Shown here in pieces: positions 14,101 to 26,269 of a stretch of 64,000 nucleotides of DNA (within the stretch, counting starts at the first letter, position 1; the number at the start of each line of letters is the position of its first letter). The DNA is from Heterodontus francisci (taxonomy: Eukaryota). The notes beneath the pieces are model-generated. The model saw nothing but the letters and a program-made list of their open reading frames with translations. It made no database searches and had not been told where the DNA came from. The position numbers and the translations under genes were made by a program. Location: contig NC_090373.1 of the NCBI RefSeq assembly GCF_036365525.1, forward strand, positions 40,835,590 to 40,899,589, given 5' to 3'.

Positions 14101-15000
14101 AACAGGGTCACACAACAGTTGGACATTAAGGGAGTGGAATCCCTTTTGGTTGCGGTACTTCTCAGAGTTCTTATGCAGTGCCCACCAAGTGACGTGTTTG
14201 CAGTCAATGGCACCCTGCACCATGGGGAAGCCTACAATCCCCAAAAAGCCATGTGCTCACACTACCTGCTTCTCTATGAAAAAAGATGATGAATGCTATT
14301 GGAATACAGAGTCTCAGTGACCTCTCTTATGTAACAGTAGATGGCGAACGCCAGCCTGGAAGGATCCAAATGCATGAAAGTTCATGGTGACAGTCACCTT
14401 CACAGTCACTAATAATGCCATCTTGTGCTCTGAGGTTGCAGTTGTGGCTGCAGGAGGTGGCAGATGTCTGTGAAGACAGCCTTAATAAAGTGAGATTTCT
14501 GACATACTGTTCCTCGCTGAGGTTCAATACGAGAATTGCTCCGTGAACACATTGAGTGGATATGCCCTTCTGCTGAGAGCCCTTCTCCTCCTCCTCTGTA
14601 GTGGCTTGTTCCCCTCTGTGCTGCTTCTACTTATTCACCCTATCATGCTGTAGTCTACGAAGAATGCAAACTACTGTACCCATGCACAATCCTTGAAGTC
14701 AGGACAAAGTCCTTCAGCACATTCCACACCAGTTCCTGTGGACTTCAGTAACTTTAAACAACTCTAGAAACAACTAAAAACTTCGACAATTGCAGCAAGA
14801 GTCAGTAGAAATCAATCAGCAACTAACCTGGAAGTAGTTGATGATCCCTTTAAATAGCACTGGTGGGGATCTTTTGTGTTGCTGAATGCATGTTCAGCTA
14901 TGCAAGGTTAGCTGGAGCATTGACCTCCAAAACAGCAGCACTGGCATCAAGTCACTGGCATCTGACATGGCTAAACATCATTTTAGAGGCAAAATAGCAC
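14100..15000 (-). mobile_element. Harbinger transposase N-terminal remnant (HARBI1-like)
   Basis: NLSEEQYVRNL and, in a shifted frame, VTMNFHAFGSFQ (LxFxAxGSFQ motif). Similar to 54300-54950. Confidence 0.7.
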
Positions 15001-15419
15001 CAGTGGCATCAGAAAATGAACAAAATAAAACCAAATTTCGCAGCACTTGTATCTCTATCAGTAGGGCACATCCTCAGGTGAGATTGCTTGTACAAGCAAC
15101 CCAATTAAATTGGCCAGTGTTGCAAGGGCTATTTTCAGGACAGAACTTCAATAGCTGAGTCCACTTTGGCAGATGTATATAACAGTATTGCATTACATTT
15201 GGACAGTTACTAAAATCTGATATGTTTATACTGCCCATTTTTTGATCAAAAGACAGTGGACACTTTTTTGGAGCAGTTTTGAAAAATTCAGCTGAAGGGC
15301 CAAGGTTCAAGGTTCAGGACCACCAAGGTTGAAGATATGAGACAGTAAAGCTTATATTAACCTTAAACAGACACATATTCAGCTGGTCCCAAGTTAATTT
15401 CTGCTTTCTGTGTTAGCCT

Positions 15420-15850
15420 TTGTTGAGTGATAACGCTCAGCCTTCACTCCAGAGACTTGAACTCATAACTTAGGCTGACACTTCAGTGCAGTACTGAGGG
15501 AGCACTGCAATTTTCGGAGGTGCTATTTTCTGGATGATGCAAAAAACCAAGGCCCCGACTTCTCTCTCAGGTAAACATAAAAGCTTCCATGGAATTATTC
15601 AAAGAAGAACAGGGGAGTTTCTCTTGTTGTTCTGGCTAATATCTATCTCTCAATAACATCACTAAAATAGATCATCAGGTCATTTAGCTCACTGTTGTTT
15701 GTGGGACCTTTCTGTGTGCAAATTGGCTGTCATATTTCCCTACATTACAACAATGACTGCACTTTAAAACTACTGCATTGGCTGTGAAACGCTTTGGGTA
15801 TGTACTGATATCATGGAAGCTGCTGCATCAATACACGATTTTCCTTCTTT
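15420..15850 (+). mobile_element. DeuSINE (SacSINE1/AmnSINE-like)
   Basis: Deu-domain-like GGCTGACACTTCAGTGCAGTACTGAGGGAG...AAAGAAGAACAGGGGAGTT, followed by an L2-type tail (TGTGAAACGCTTTGGG). Confidence 0.75.
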
Positions 15851-15864
15851 ATGAGACATTTTGG

Positions 15865-16560
15865 CCCCTGAAATTTACTCTGGCTGGAAAGAGAGCAGGG
15901 GCAAGGAAACCCAGATATAAGTCTTTCCTAGAAGTCATGTAGGATTTAACTGCAGGAGTCCTTAAAAGTTTTTCAGTAGGTTTCCTGTTCAAAAGCCCAA
16001 TTGATAGGCTGATGCTTGTTAAGCATGAAAGCAGCCGAGGAGCAAATGCCAGGTAAGTGGAGAGCGGGTTGGGGTGGCAGTCAGAGATAGCAGAGGGTGG
16101 GGGAGGTTGTAGGGGGGGGTTGGGGGTCAGAGTTCACAGGTGTTGGCAATTGTGTGGTTGGGGGGTGGTCCTTGTTGGACCTGGAGGAAATACTCTTGCT
16201 CCTCCTGGCCCTCAAGCAGTTCTATCAATGCACTTACCTCAGAGATCCAGCCCTCCCTCCTCCTTTCACCGGCCCAGATTCCTGAGCCCCAGGAAACTTG
16301 GCTGATATTAGTTAAAAAAAAGATTAAAATGGAGACACGTAGCTTTCTTAAAATATTTTAGTGACCATCCTACCTCCTGAGAATGGATTGGTCACACATC
16401 ACCCCGCTACCCCCGACCCCACCACCACCACAACAACCTGCCTCTGCAAAAACTGGAAGTGGACAGGTTGGAAACAAGTCAGGGTCTGGTTTGAAATGCT
16501 TAAAGTTTTACTTTCCACCTGACCAACTCACTCATTCTTGGGTGTTAAAACTACCCATTT
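15865..16560. mobile_element. Degenerate GC-rich MITE-like repeat
   Basis: Ends in TTAAAACTACCC, with internal motifs resembling the other GC-rich MITE-like repeats in the window. Boundaries approximate. Confidence 0.4.
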
Positions 16561-17062
16561 TGATTCCCTTTTCTTAAGCTTTTATTCTCCCTTCTCACGT
16601 CGAAATGCTTGGGCAGATAACCTGCTCTCACACTTTTGCCATGGTTCTACAAAACTATCTCACAAGAACAGCCCAAGAATGAATCTCCTGCCGATTTTCA
16701 ATGTCAGGGACATGTGTGACCACCAGACAGCACCTTCCCTGGCAATTTTTGTTCTAATACTAATTTTGTGTTTTCTGAGTCCAAATAATTAGATTCTGGT
16801 TGGATACACTTCATATATGACTGCTGAGAAACAACGATAAAGTTTCAAACTGGTTCAGTTAGTAATAGAAACAAAAAGCCAAGCTATACCAGGGAGGTAC
16901 CAGATACATTTCCCAGCCCATGCTTGACTACTAGCTGGTATGACAGTGGGAGCACTACAGTGGGCTTCAGGACCTTTAGGCTGTAAGAGCAGGCCACAAA
17001 AGTATCCCTCACTAAATGACTAGTATTACAGCATAATCCTTCTTTGTTCTGTCACTAAGCTA

Positions 17063-17170
<108 letters not shown>

Positions 17171-17544
17171 CTAGGATAAAAAAAACATTCAGATCATATA
17201 ACAGTGAACAGTTGAAAAATTGAAACGGCTGCACAAAAGCCATGACATTATCTTGCAAACTAGTCCCTTTAATATTGACTCTAATTCTTATTACTGCCAT
17301 GCTAAAGAGAGAAATGATAAACATGATTACATTGCTCGCCTCCAAAGGATTAATAGATAAATGCACTGACCGATTGAGCACTTAAGGTCAGAACATCCCA
17401 GGGCAAGTGTTACGTTGTAGTGTCATACATGTATCATTTACTGGAAGCAATAATGAAATATGTTGAGAGAGAAAGAGATCTAGGTATTATTGTGCACAGA
17501 TCACTGAAGGTTCATGACTAATGTAGATAAAGCTAATAAAGTAT

Positions 17545-17780
17545 TGAAATAAAATCAAGAAATGCTGGAAATACTCAGCAGGTCTGGCAGCATCTGTGGA
17601 GAGAGAAGCAAAGCTAACGTTTCAGGTCAGTGACCCTTCTTCAGAACTGATGAAGGCTCACTGACCTGAAATGTTAACTCTGCTTCTCTCTCCATAGATG
17701 CTGCCAGACCTGCTGAGTATTTCCAGCATTTCTTGATTTTATTTCAGATTTCCAGCATCTGCACTATTTTGCTTTTATTA
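17545..17780. mobile_element. Penelope-derived inverted-repeat (hairpin) element
   Basis: Two ~100-bp arms (AAATGCTGGAAATACTCAGCAGGTCTGGCAGCATC / GATGCTGCCAGACCTGCTGAGTATTTCCAGCATTT) matching the Penelope 3' termini at 8910-9046 and 29765-29897. Confidence 0.85.
17612..17680. ncRNA. Pair of minimal hammerhead-ribozyme motifs, one on each strand
   Basis: Minus strand: AGUU-CUGAAGA-AGGGUCACUGACCU-GAAA-CG-UU-AGCU. Plus strand: CUGAUGA-AGGCUCACUGACCU-GAAA-UG-UU-AACU. Both have the CUGANGA / stem II / GAAA / UH core. Minimal hammerheads are a known feature of Penelope repeats. Confidence 0.6.
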
Positions 17781-19429
17781 TAACAAAATATTGAGTTGCA
17801 TTAATAGAAACATTCATTATAAATCACAGGACACCATTCCATCATATACAAGTCATAGGTTAGATTGCATATGGAGTACTGGATCCATTTTGGTCTCCTC
17901 ATTTAGTCGGTGATATAATGGCCTTGGTAAAGGACCAGAGTGGAGCTGTGAGAATGATTCCTAGCATAAAGAACCTACGCTACATAGATAGGCTGAAGGA
18001 CATTGGTCTATTTCTTTCAGAGCAGTGTAGACTTAAAGGTGAGCTGTTGAGGTTTATAAAATAATTCAAGGGCTGCAAAGCATCTTATTGATAGATTATT
18101 CCACTTTGATAGATTGGACAGGAGTTTAAACTATGTAAGAGCAGGAATAGACTAGATGTTAGGCAGTTTTTCTTTTCCCAGAGTAGTGATCCCTTAGAAT
18201 ACATGGCTGCTGGTGTAATGGGTGCTGAGTTTCTTCATACCTTCAAGAGGAAGTTGGACCAGTTCCTGGCTGGAGCAAAGATCACATCATATTGAAGGTA
18301 ATTGTCTTTATCGGTACACTTGGTCCAAGTGATCTCTTGGGTTAGTTTTGATCACCTGAGGCAGGGGGGTGGGTGGTGGTTGGAGATAAATTTTCCAGAA
18401 TATTTTTCCCTTATTGATCCTGTTCTTTTTTACCTCTTCCAGGAGAGAATATTCCTTCAGGAGTGAAGCAGTGGGAAGAAGCATTTAGCCATGATGGGCG
18501 GGCCTTCAGGGTGTTGGCTGGCTGGATGGACCTGCTGGTATTTTCCTGCCAATCCAGTTTGTAACAATGACAGACTGTCTTAAGTAAAGAAACAATGGAA
18601 TTTAGAATTCCCTCTACTAAGTGTGAGTGACTGCGAGCTTTCTAGTTCTTGCATGAATTTGGTGATCGTGGACATATTCCTCCGCTTGTCCACTGGCGGG
18701 ACAGGAGGGAAAAAAACAAACTCTTCAATACTAAATTCCCCATCCATGTTCACAAGTTTGCGCCCATGAAAATGTAAATAAGGACATCGTACATGGAATT
18801 TAAATTTTAGTGAAGGTTAGGTACCATCATTTCACCTCGGCGTCTACCAAGCATTCTTCCTTTCATGAGTTCAAAAAATATGTAAATAATGTTCCCTGCC
18901 TGCTTTGGTGAAGTCAGTTTTACTTAGAATATTACTAAGAGGTCACAAGTGCACCAAAGCTGCATAAAACTTTATAGCTAGGCACATATGAGGTAAAACT
19001 GCTTAATAATAATGCATTTTAATAGAACAGCAGGGACCACCTCTGAGCTCTGAAATTTAGCAGGGCAATTCAGAATATCTGGAATTTCATTATTATTTTA
19101 CACAGCAGCAAAAAAAGTAATATATACTGGTCTTAAAAGGGTAAAATAATGTTGAACTGAAATATTGAACCGAGAATTTCCTAATAATAAAGAGCAGGTT
19201 ACTGCTCGATAAAGCAGCAGTAATCAAATCACAGTAATGAAACCTCCTGTGTGAATACCATCACATACCAACAGTCGGACATGGACTGAACAGTGGCATC
19301 TCCACCGCCAATGGCTGCCAGCAGGAAAACAGCAGGGCTGGTATTATGGAAAGATCATATTATTGGAACAATGGGTCTTCGTCATCCAAAACAATCTTGC
19401 AAAGTCATTGGGATGGTGTTTTTTTGTAT

Positions 19430-19765
19430 AGAATACATAGAATTTACAACACAGAAACAGGCCATTCGGCCCAACTGATCCATGGTTTATTCTCTACATG
19501 GTGCTTCCTTCCAGCCTACTTCATCTAACCCTATCAGCATAAGCTTCCATTTCTTTCTGCACATGCACTTAGCTAGCTTCTCTTAAATGTATTTATGCCG
19601 TCCGCCTGAACCATTGCATGTGGCAGTATTTGCTACATTCTCACCACTCTCTGGGTAAAGAAGTTTCTCCTGAATTCTTTATCGGATTTAGTAGTGACTG
19701 ACTGATACTTTTGACTCCTGGTTTTGGACTCACCCACTAGTGTAACTATCTTCTCTATGTCTAAC
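19430..19765 (-). mobile_element. CR1 LINE 3' fragment
   Basis: Reverse strand reads FRRNFFTQRVVRM, followed by a CR1 3' UTR (GGGCCGAATGGCCTGTTTCTGTGTTG). Confidence 0.8.
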
Positions 19766-21037
19766 ATAAATCATGAGCTAAAACCTGCCATCAGACTGCA
19801 GAGGGGGTGTCCCTTATGTGCATTATATTGAGCCTATCTATGATGTAACCAGCTTACCGAATAGCCATGTTGTGGAAAGATTCCTGGGCCTTGTGTGATC
19901 TTGATACATTGATGACCACTTAAAAAATGTTCTCACTACTCAAGGATATAAAACGATAAAAAGTGACAAAATGATTGATTACCCTATCCTTCAAAAATGA
20001 AACAAAAATTGGTCTTTTATTCTTAGTTCCTTAGTTTTTGAAAAGGCTCAAAATCCTTTTTTTAAAAAAAAGTTTCAATCATGAAAAGAATTCTTGTGGT
20101 CTTAATAGCATTTTTGCCCAAGGAGATTTTTTTTAAAAAACTGCTTCTTTTAAAGACTTATACAAGATGGTGGGCTGGTAAAAGATATTAAATTGTTCAA
20201 AGTTGAAAATGGCAGGAAGTACATTATGGTAAAAAGGCATTGTTGAGAACACAATGTTCCTTTTTAACATACTGGATAATGATATTTTTCAGAACCTAAA
20301 ATAGACAAGTTCTTTCTTATAGAGCTGCACAAACTGACAATTATATGACTAGCACATTCAATAGAGACCAGAATAAGACAAACAAAAGACACACACATTG
20401 TTCACTAATCATAGCTGTTAACCTTTAGACTCAACTCGTGTCATTTTTAGTTAGCAGCCGGATGACTGAATCCCTGCAGAGTCAGATCAAGCAACTCGTT
20501 CAAAGAGGAAAAAAAGCAGTGAAAAAAAAATGTCACATTTCACAAGCCCTTCTGCTGTATGTGTTCCAGGTCCTGTAGGACTTTTTGATCAATGGGAGTT
20601 TATGTATCCTATGAGCAACCTACTACTGGGATGGAAGGCACATTCTGAGCCTGTGAGTGGGGGCAGATATAGGGAAAGAGGAATTAATCAAAGCAAGGCA
20701 TTTGGAAAATCTGAGCATTGTATTTATTTTCAATATTCCAATTGTGATTTAAACAGAAATCACAATGGGGAAAAGAAGGATTATGGAAAAATAAACCATC
20801 TATGTCTGGAATCTTGACAGTCAAAGCCTACAAATTACATTCATTGTGTGCAAACCATCACTTCTAATGAATATCCCTAGTATAATTATTCATTTGGCAT
20901 ATTACAGAGGTACCATAATACAATAACGTACATCTGTGCAACACTGCAATAAGAATTGTGCTGAAATCACGCCCACTCCAACCCAATAAGTAGTTACACT
21001 AGAGAAATAGGGTTGATGAGAATATGAACTCTTTTCA

Positions 21038-21268
<231 letters not shown>

Positions 21269-23183
21269 TTAATGTGAAATCTAAATATTTGGACCATTCC
21301 TAAGCTACTATTACATAAAAATAAATTATGGAACATACAAACATGTCTATCCAAAACTGATTTTCTTCTTTTATTTAATGTGTACATATCTGAGCACATA
21401 TTGGCAATATAACTAAATTCATCTGTGGTTTGAAGTTAAATTCATGTATTTCAAACATGAATCTGACATAGCAAAATTGATAAATATTATCTTCTTGACA
21501 AATAATAATAAAGAAAAATATGAAGCCATAAATGAGAAATCCACAACATATTGGTTAGAATCTGGAACAGAAAGACACGTTAACATTTTGAGTATGGTTC
21601 TTCATCTGAATTGTTATCCAGAATCTTCTCTTTTTGTCAGATTGTTAGCAGGTGTATTTTTTTTAAAAATCTCTACTGAAAAAAAGTACCCAGTTATGTC
21701 TGATCAAAGCAGTGAGTTAATCACTTCATGTGACTTAACTTACAACATTCTCAGCTGGATTGAATCAGTGAAGATAGAGGCCCTTATTCCAAACTCTCTT
21801 ATTTTCAGTGTACAAATGCTTGCTCATCATATTGATTTCAACATTGAAACAGAGTGCATCCATTTAAAATATTCCCCTCAGTGACTACGTAGAGTCCAAT
21901 TAATAGGTGGCAGCTGGTAATGAAGTGAATTGGGTGAAAAACAGTAACAGAGTAAACAACAACATGGGAATAGGCTGTCAATTATTTTTTGTTTCTTTTA
22001 GCTGCAAAGTTATTCAGCCATTTAAATCCTTATGCCATGGATATCAGCATTTCGACCCCGGATGTTCTGTAAAATAAAATCATTTAACTCCATGGAGAGA
22101 GTGGAATATTTTCTGAAAACAGTGAAGCATGTAATGATTTTAAATTATCGTTAAAAGATTTCTGATATGCTAAAATACCAAGTATTACAGATAGACACAG
22201 CTGAAATCTCCAACCACTCGCCTAACACACTACATCACATCTTTCAGAACCTAGACCCTTTATTGGCTTCTTTACCGTATGCTCTGGTATAAACACCCAA
22301 TTACTGAATCGTAGAACATTAATAAATATTCTGCAACTCAATTTCTAAAGCACAAGTTGAACAAATGTCAGACATGTCAGAATCTGAGCGGGTTACAGAA
22401 AATAAAGTACCAAATGATGCAAGCCTCATAACTCATAAACAATATACCAGGCACAATTAAGTCATGTTGGCTGCAACACAAGTGATTTATTCTCAATTAA
22501 ACAGCATTCTCAATATGTAAGTGAGATAATTATTTTTAGTTTAGACTAATTTTTTTTTGTCGATTTCCAGCTGGACTTACAATCACAGATTCTGTAAGAG
22601 GTCACAGTGGAACATGTGACGATGCTATGTGAAATGACCAAAAATCAGTCATTTTTACATAAAGGTCAGAAGGGAATGGATTTCTCAAACATTAAACTAC
22701 TGTGGGCCGAACAGTTTCTTTCATCCAAAAGTGCCAATGGTGGTTTGATAGAGGCTCAGACAACAGACCTGCCCACGAGAGGTCTATTTAAACATTCTCA
22801 TCATTAATATTTACTATTGAATTTCTAACTTTATCCCCCCACTCAGGACCACTGGCTTTTAAATACCAGTGAAGCAGGTGACAGTTTGCTAGTTGTGCCA
22901 CCCTATTGCAATCCCAGTGATTGCTGGCAGCATTACCAACATCAGAAAGATCATTTCACCTGTGGGCCATTATTATCATCTTGCAGAAATCAGGCCATGT
23001 ACTAACCTGCAACAGAAGTCCATTATGATTACAGAGCAAAAAAGATCTACACAGTTATAACGTAAAGTACCCCCATTTTATTCAGAATTCATATCTCACA
23101 ACCTCTCATGCTCCAAAACCTGAATCCAGATTCTGCACAATCAGTGGAGATAGAACGCAAGTGTTAGAGAAAGGAAACACATG

Positions 23184-23825
23184 GGGCTGGACTTTGTAGT
23201 CCCGCTGCTGGAAGCGGGGGGCAGCCAACTTCACATATTGACAGCTGCTGCCCCCACTGCACACCCGCCACCCCCCACCCCCCCCAAACCACATGCTGGG
23301 GGCAGCTTCGGCGACTCTGTTCATGGCGTCACCTGTTGAGGGAGCAGTTGCTGGCCCCATTGTTAAAAGGTTCCCAACCCTGAAAACAGCACATCATAAC
23401 TCAGAGTTCACCCCTTACCACCGCCCCCATACCCAACAGAATGCGGAGTTCACCTCTTCACCGCGGCCCATCACCAACCCCCCCCACCCCACCATTCCCA
23501 TCAGAGTACAAAGTTCACCCCCTCCCCACCTCGGTGGTGCCAGCTTTCCCAGGATGGGAAAGTGAAGTGCCGTACGTAACGCTGAAGATCCGGAACTGAG
23601 GGGAAGATCGCTGTGGCTTGCCTTTTAAGTCATGCAAATATGCAATTTAAATATGCTAACTTGGGTCCCATCACAGAGCAGCAGAGGGGCCGCCACGGAG
23701 CTTCCCCGCCACCAGGGGCCCGGCAATCCTGGCATCGGGTTCTGTGGCGGCCGCCGCTGCTGCTCCAATTCTCCAGCCATTCCCACCACGGAACCCGAAA
23801 TTGGGCTGGGAGCAAAATCCAGCCC
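23184..23825. mobile_element. MITE with 13-bp TIRs
   Basis: GGGCTGGACTTTG ... CAAAATCCAGCCC (one mismatch), non-coding interior. Confidence 0.7.
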
Positions 23826-24243
23826 ATAGAATGAGCCATCAACCTATCATTTCAGCTCAATTCAAATCCAGGTCCCGGGAAATAACATACTTTTGTTGAA
23901 ATAACATACATTGTGCAGCCAAGTTTCTTCTATTAGCAAGAACAGAAACAATAATAAAGATCAGATTTTAAAAAAAAACTGAAATGCTGGGAAGTGCAAA
24001 GAAGGAACACAGGTAACAACAAGGAGAAATGAAGTGTCAGGGAAGGAAGAAAAGCCCCAGAGACACAGGTAGACCTTTGAAAAGAAATGCTCGGTGGGAT
24101 GATGGAATATTACTGGTAACTGTACAATAATAAATCATAGTAGGGTAAATTATATTTTCTTAAACTGTAAGTAAAGAAGTAATGATCATCATGGAATCAT
24201 GAATTAACTGTTTGAGAATTCAGAATTTGCTACCAAAAACAGT

Positions 24244-24927
24244 GGGCAGAATTTTGTGCTGCCCTTGGAGATAGGCACGGAGGCAGGGGTGGGGAGGGGC
24301 CCCCACCATTTTGTCTGAAGATGGTCTTCCAGCCCCAGGCCAATTGAGGCCCTCAGGTGACCAATTAATGGCCACTTATGGGCCTCTTCCCTCCTCCACT
24401 TCAATTTTATTGGGTGGCGGGGGCCCACTGCTGCAGGGAGAGGTCGTCAGACGAAGCTTGGCAGCCTCCCAGCAGGCTCAGGGGGGTCTCTCCTTTGGGC
24501 AAATTCAGGGCCCCCAGAATATCCCATACCACCACCCCCCCTGCACCAGCAGCAATGGCCACCTCCTCCCCAACCTTAGAAAAATCTCCCCACCACCCTA
24601 ACCAACACCGCCCGCTCTACCCTGTCGCCAGGGCCTACCTGATTGGACCTGGCGAGCGGGACCCCACTCACCTCTCCCGGGGTCTCCTCCACTCTTTGGT
24701 ACTGTAGGGTTTCCTGCGGTACTGGCAGTGGCCACTGCTCTTGTGCTGCCAATACTGCAAAGCTGCCAGCCTTCCAACTGGCTGGTAGCTCTGGAGGCAG
24801 CAGCTCATCCCTTAAAGGGATGCCCGTTGTTAAATAGCAATGGGGGTCTGATGGAGGGATGAGGCAGGGTCTCCTCCTGCCTTCTGGCCCGCCACCAGGA
24901 ACCCATCGCCAGAATGAAATCTGGCCC
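24244..24927. mobile_element. MITE, Harbinger-like (3-bp TSD)
   Basis: GGGCAGAATTT ... AAATCTGGCCC termini with TSD AGT/AGT. Internal sequence is similar, in reverse, to 43805-44426. Confidence 0.7.
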
Positions 24928-26269
24928 AGTGTCTGTATTTTTTGCATGAAATGTCCAGCAAGATCAAAATTTGAAAGAAAAAAACAGCTTCATGTTCTTA
25001 TTTGGACCTGATCAGAATTACCTGAAATGTTGAAACCTTCTTTTCTTTTTCGGGTGATGACTAATCTGCTTTGTATTTCTAGTGCTTCTTGTTTTTATTT
25101 CAGGTATTTATATGCTTGATTTCCCTGACTGGACACTCATGTTAAGAAGCAGCAATCATAGGGAGTGTTGGCTGGGAAACTGTGGGCCCACAGCTGATTA
25201 TTTTTTGGCCAGTGATCCCTGCAGGCTCCACTTCTCACTCGGAGCAAGTAATTGGGGAATCAGCTCTCTATATTGAAATTGAAAGGAGTATTTAAAAGAA
25301 AATGATCTGACCAAAATATTCAGATGACATCATAAAGCCTAACAGTGAATCATAATTAAACTATGAGGCTACAATTATTATTAGAAGCAGTGTTTACTTT
25401 GCCCTATTGCTTCTTTTTAGGATACATCTTAAAATTCATTGATGCGTATGTTTCTTTCTTTTGGTCCATCTTTCTTTTTACTCATGTCCATAGTAGGCAT
25501 CATTATGAATACTAATACAGGTTGGTCCATTCATTGAGGCATGAAGATCATCACAGTAAAGAATTTCATTTTGGAGGACAGTCATTTCAAGATGACTGGG
25601 AAATAAAGCTACACTATCTGGTTGATGATATTAGTCAAGAAATTGTATTTATGTGATGCTAATTCATTTATTTGATCAGGGAGTTATCTAGAAATTCAGC
25701 ATTAAACAACAATGGGTGTGTCTTCTGTTTTTCTCTCTTGCTGGGGAAAAAAATGTCAATTGCAGTATAAAGAGGATAAAAATATATCCTTTTGTGTAAG
25801 ATCAGACAGTAAAAGGTATAGAGGAAGCCATCCCAAAAAGTGCACAATTGTAGACAAGAACAGTTCCGTGCATTAACAGCAGGCAATGTGGGAAGGTAAC
25901 ATCAAAATCAAACCATTTTAAATGTCAAATCATGACAATCTAACAGAATGGGGATTTGTTTAGTACATGCTCTTCACAGCATAACTATGCCTTCGTGATG
26001 GCACTGAGGGAGATGTCAATGTCATGCTTTATAACATTTCTAAATGACCTTATTTTACTCCATTTTACAAAGTGCATTTCCAATACCAAGTTTAGAGAGC
26101 AGAGAAATTAATTGCCTATCTTTTGAGTTACAACTTCAAAATTGCATGGATCAGTGAAGTGCCAGAATTCTAGAGGGGATTTATCTTAATAGCCTTTTCT
26201 GATAACAATCAGAGACCTATAAAGCAACTCATTTCTAATCTTGGCAGTTCATAATACAACAATAAAGCC

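Larger units (their letters stand above)
17460..18560 (+). mobile_element. Old degraded CR1 3' portion
   Basis: Decayed ERDLGII, HMEYWIHF and FFFSQR-like CR1 ORF2 motifs, interrupted by a Penelope hairpin. Confidence 0.7.

Noticed and set aside
22581-22591. Possible 11-nt microexon (TTACAG|AATCTGTGATT|GTAAGT) on the CSMD strand
   Set aside because: It would shift the frame and has no other support; likely a chance match.
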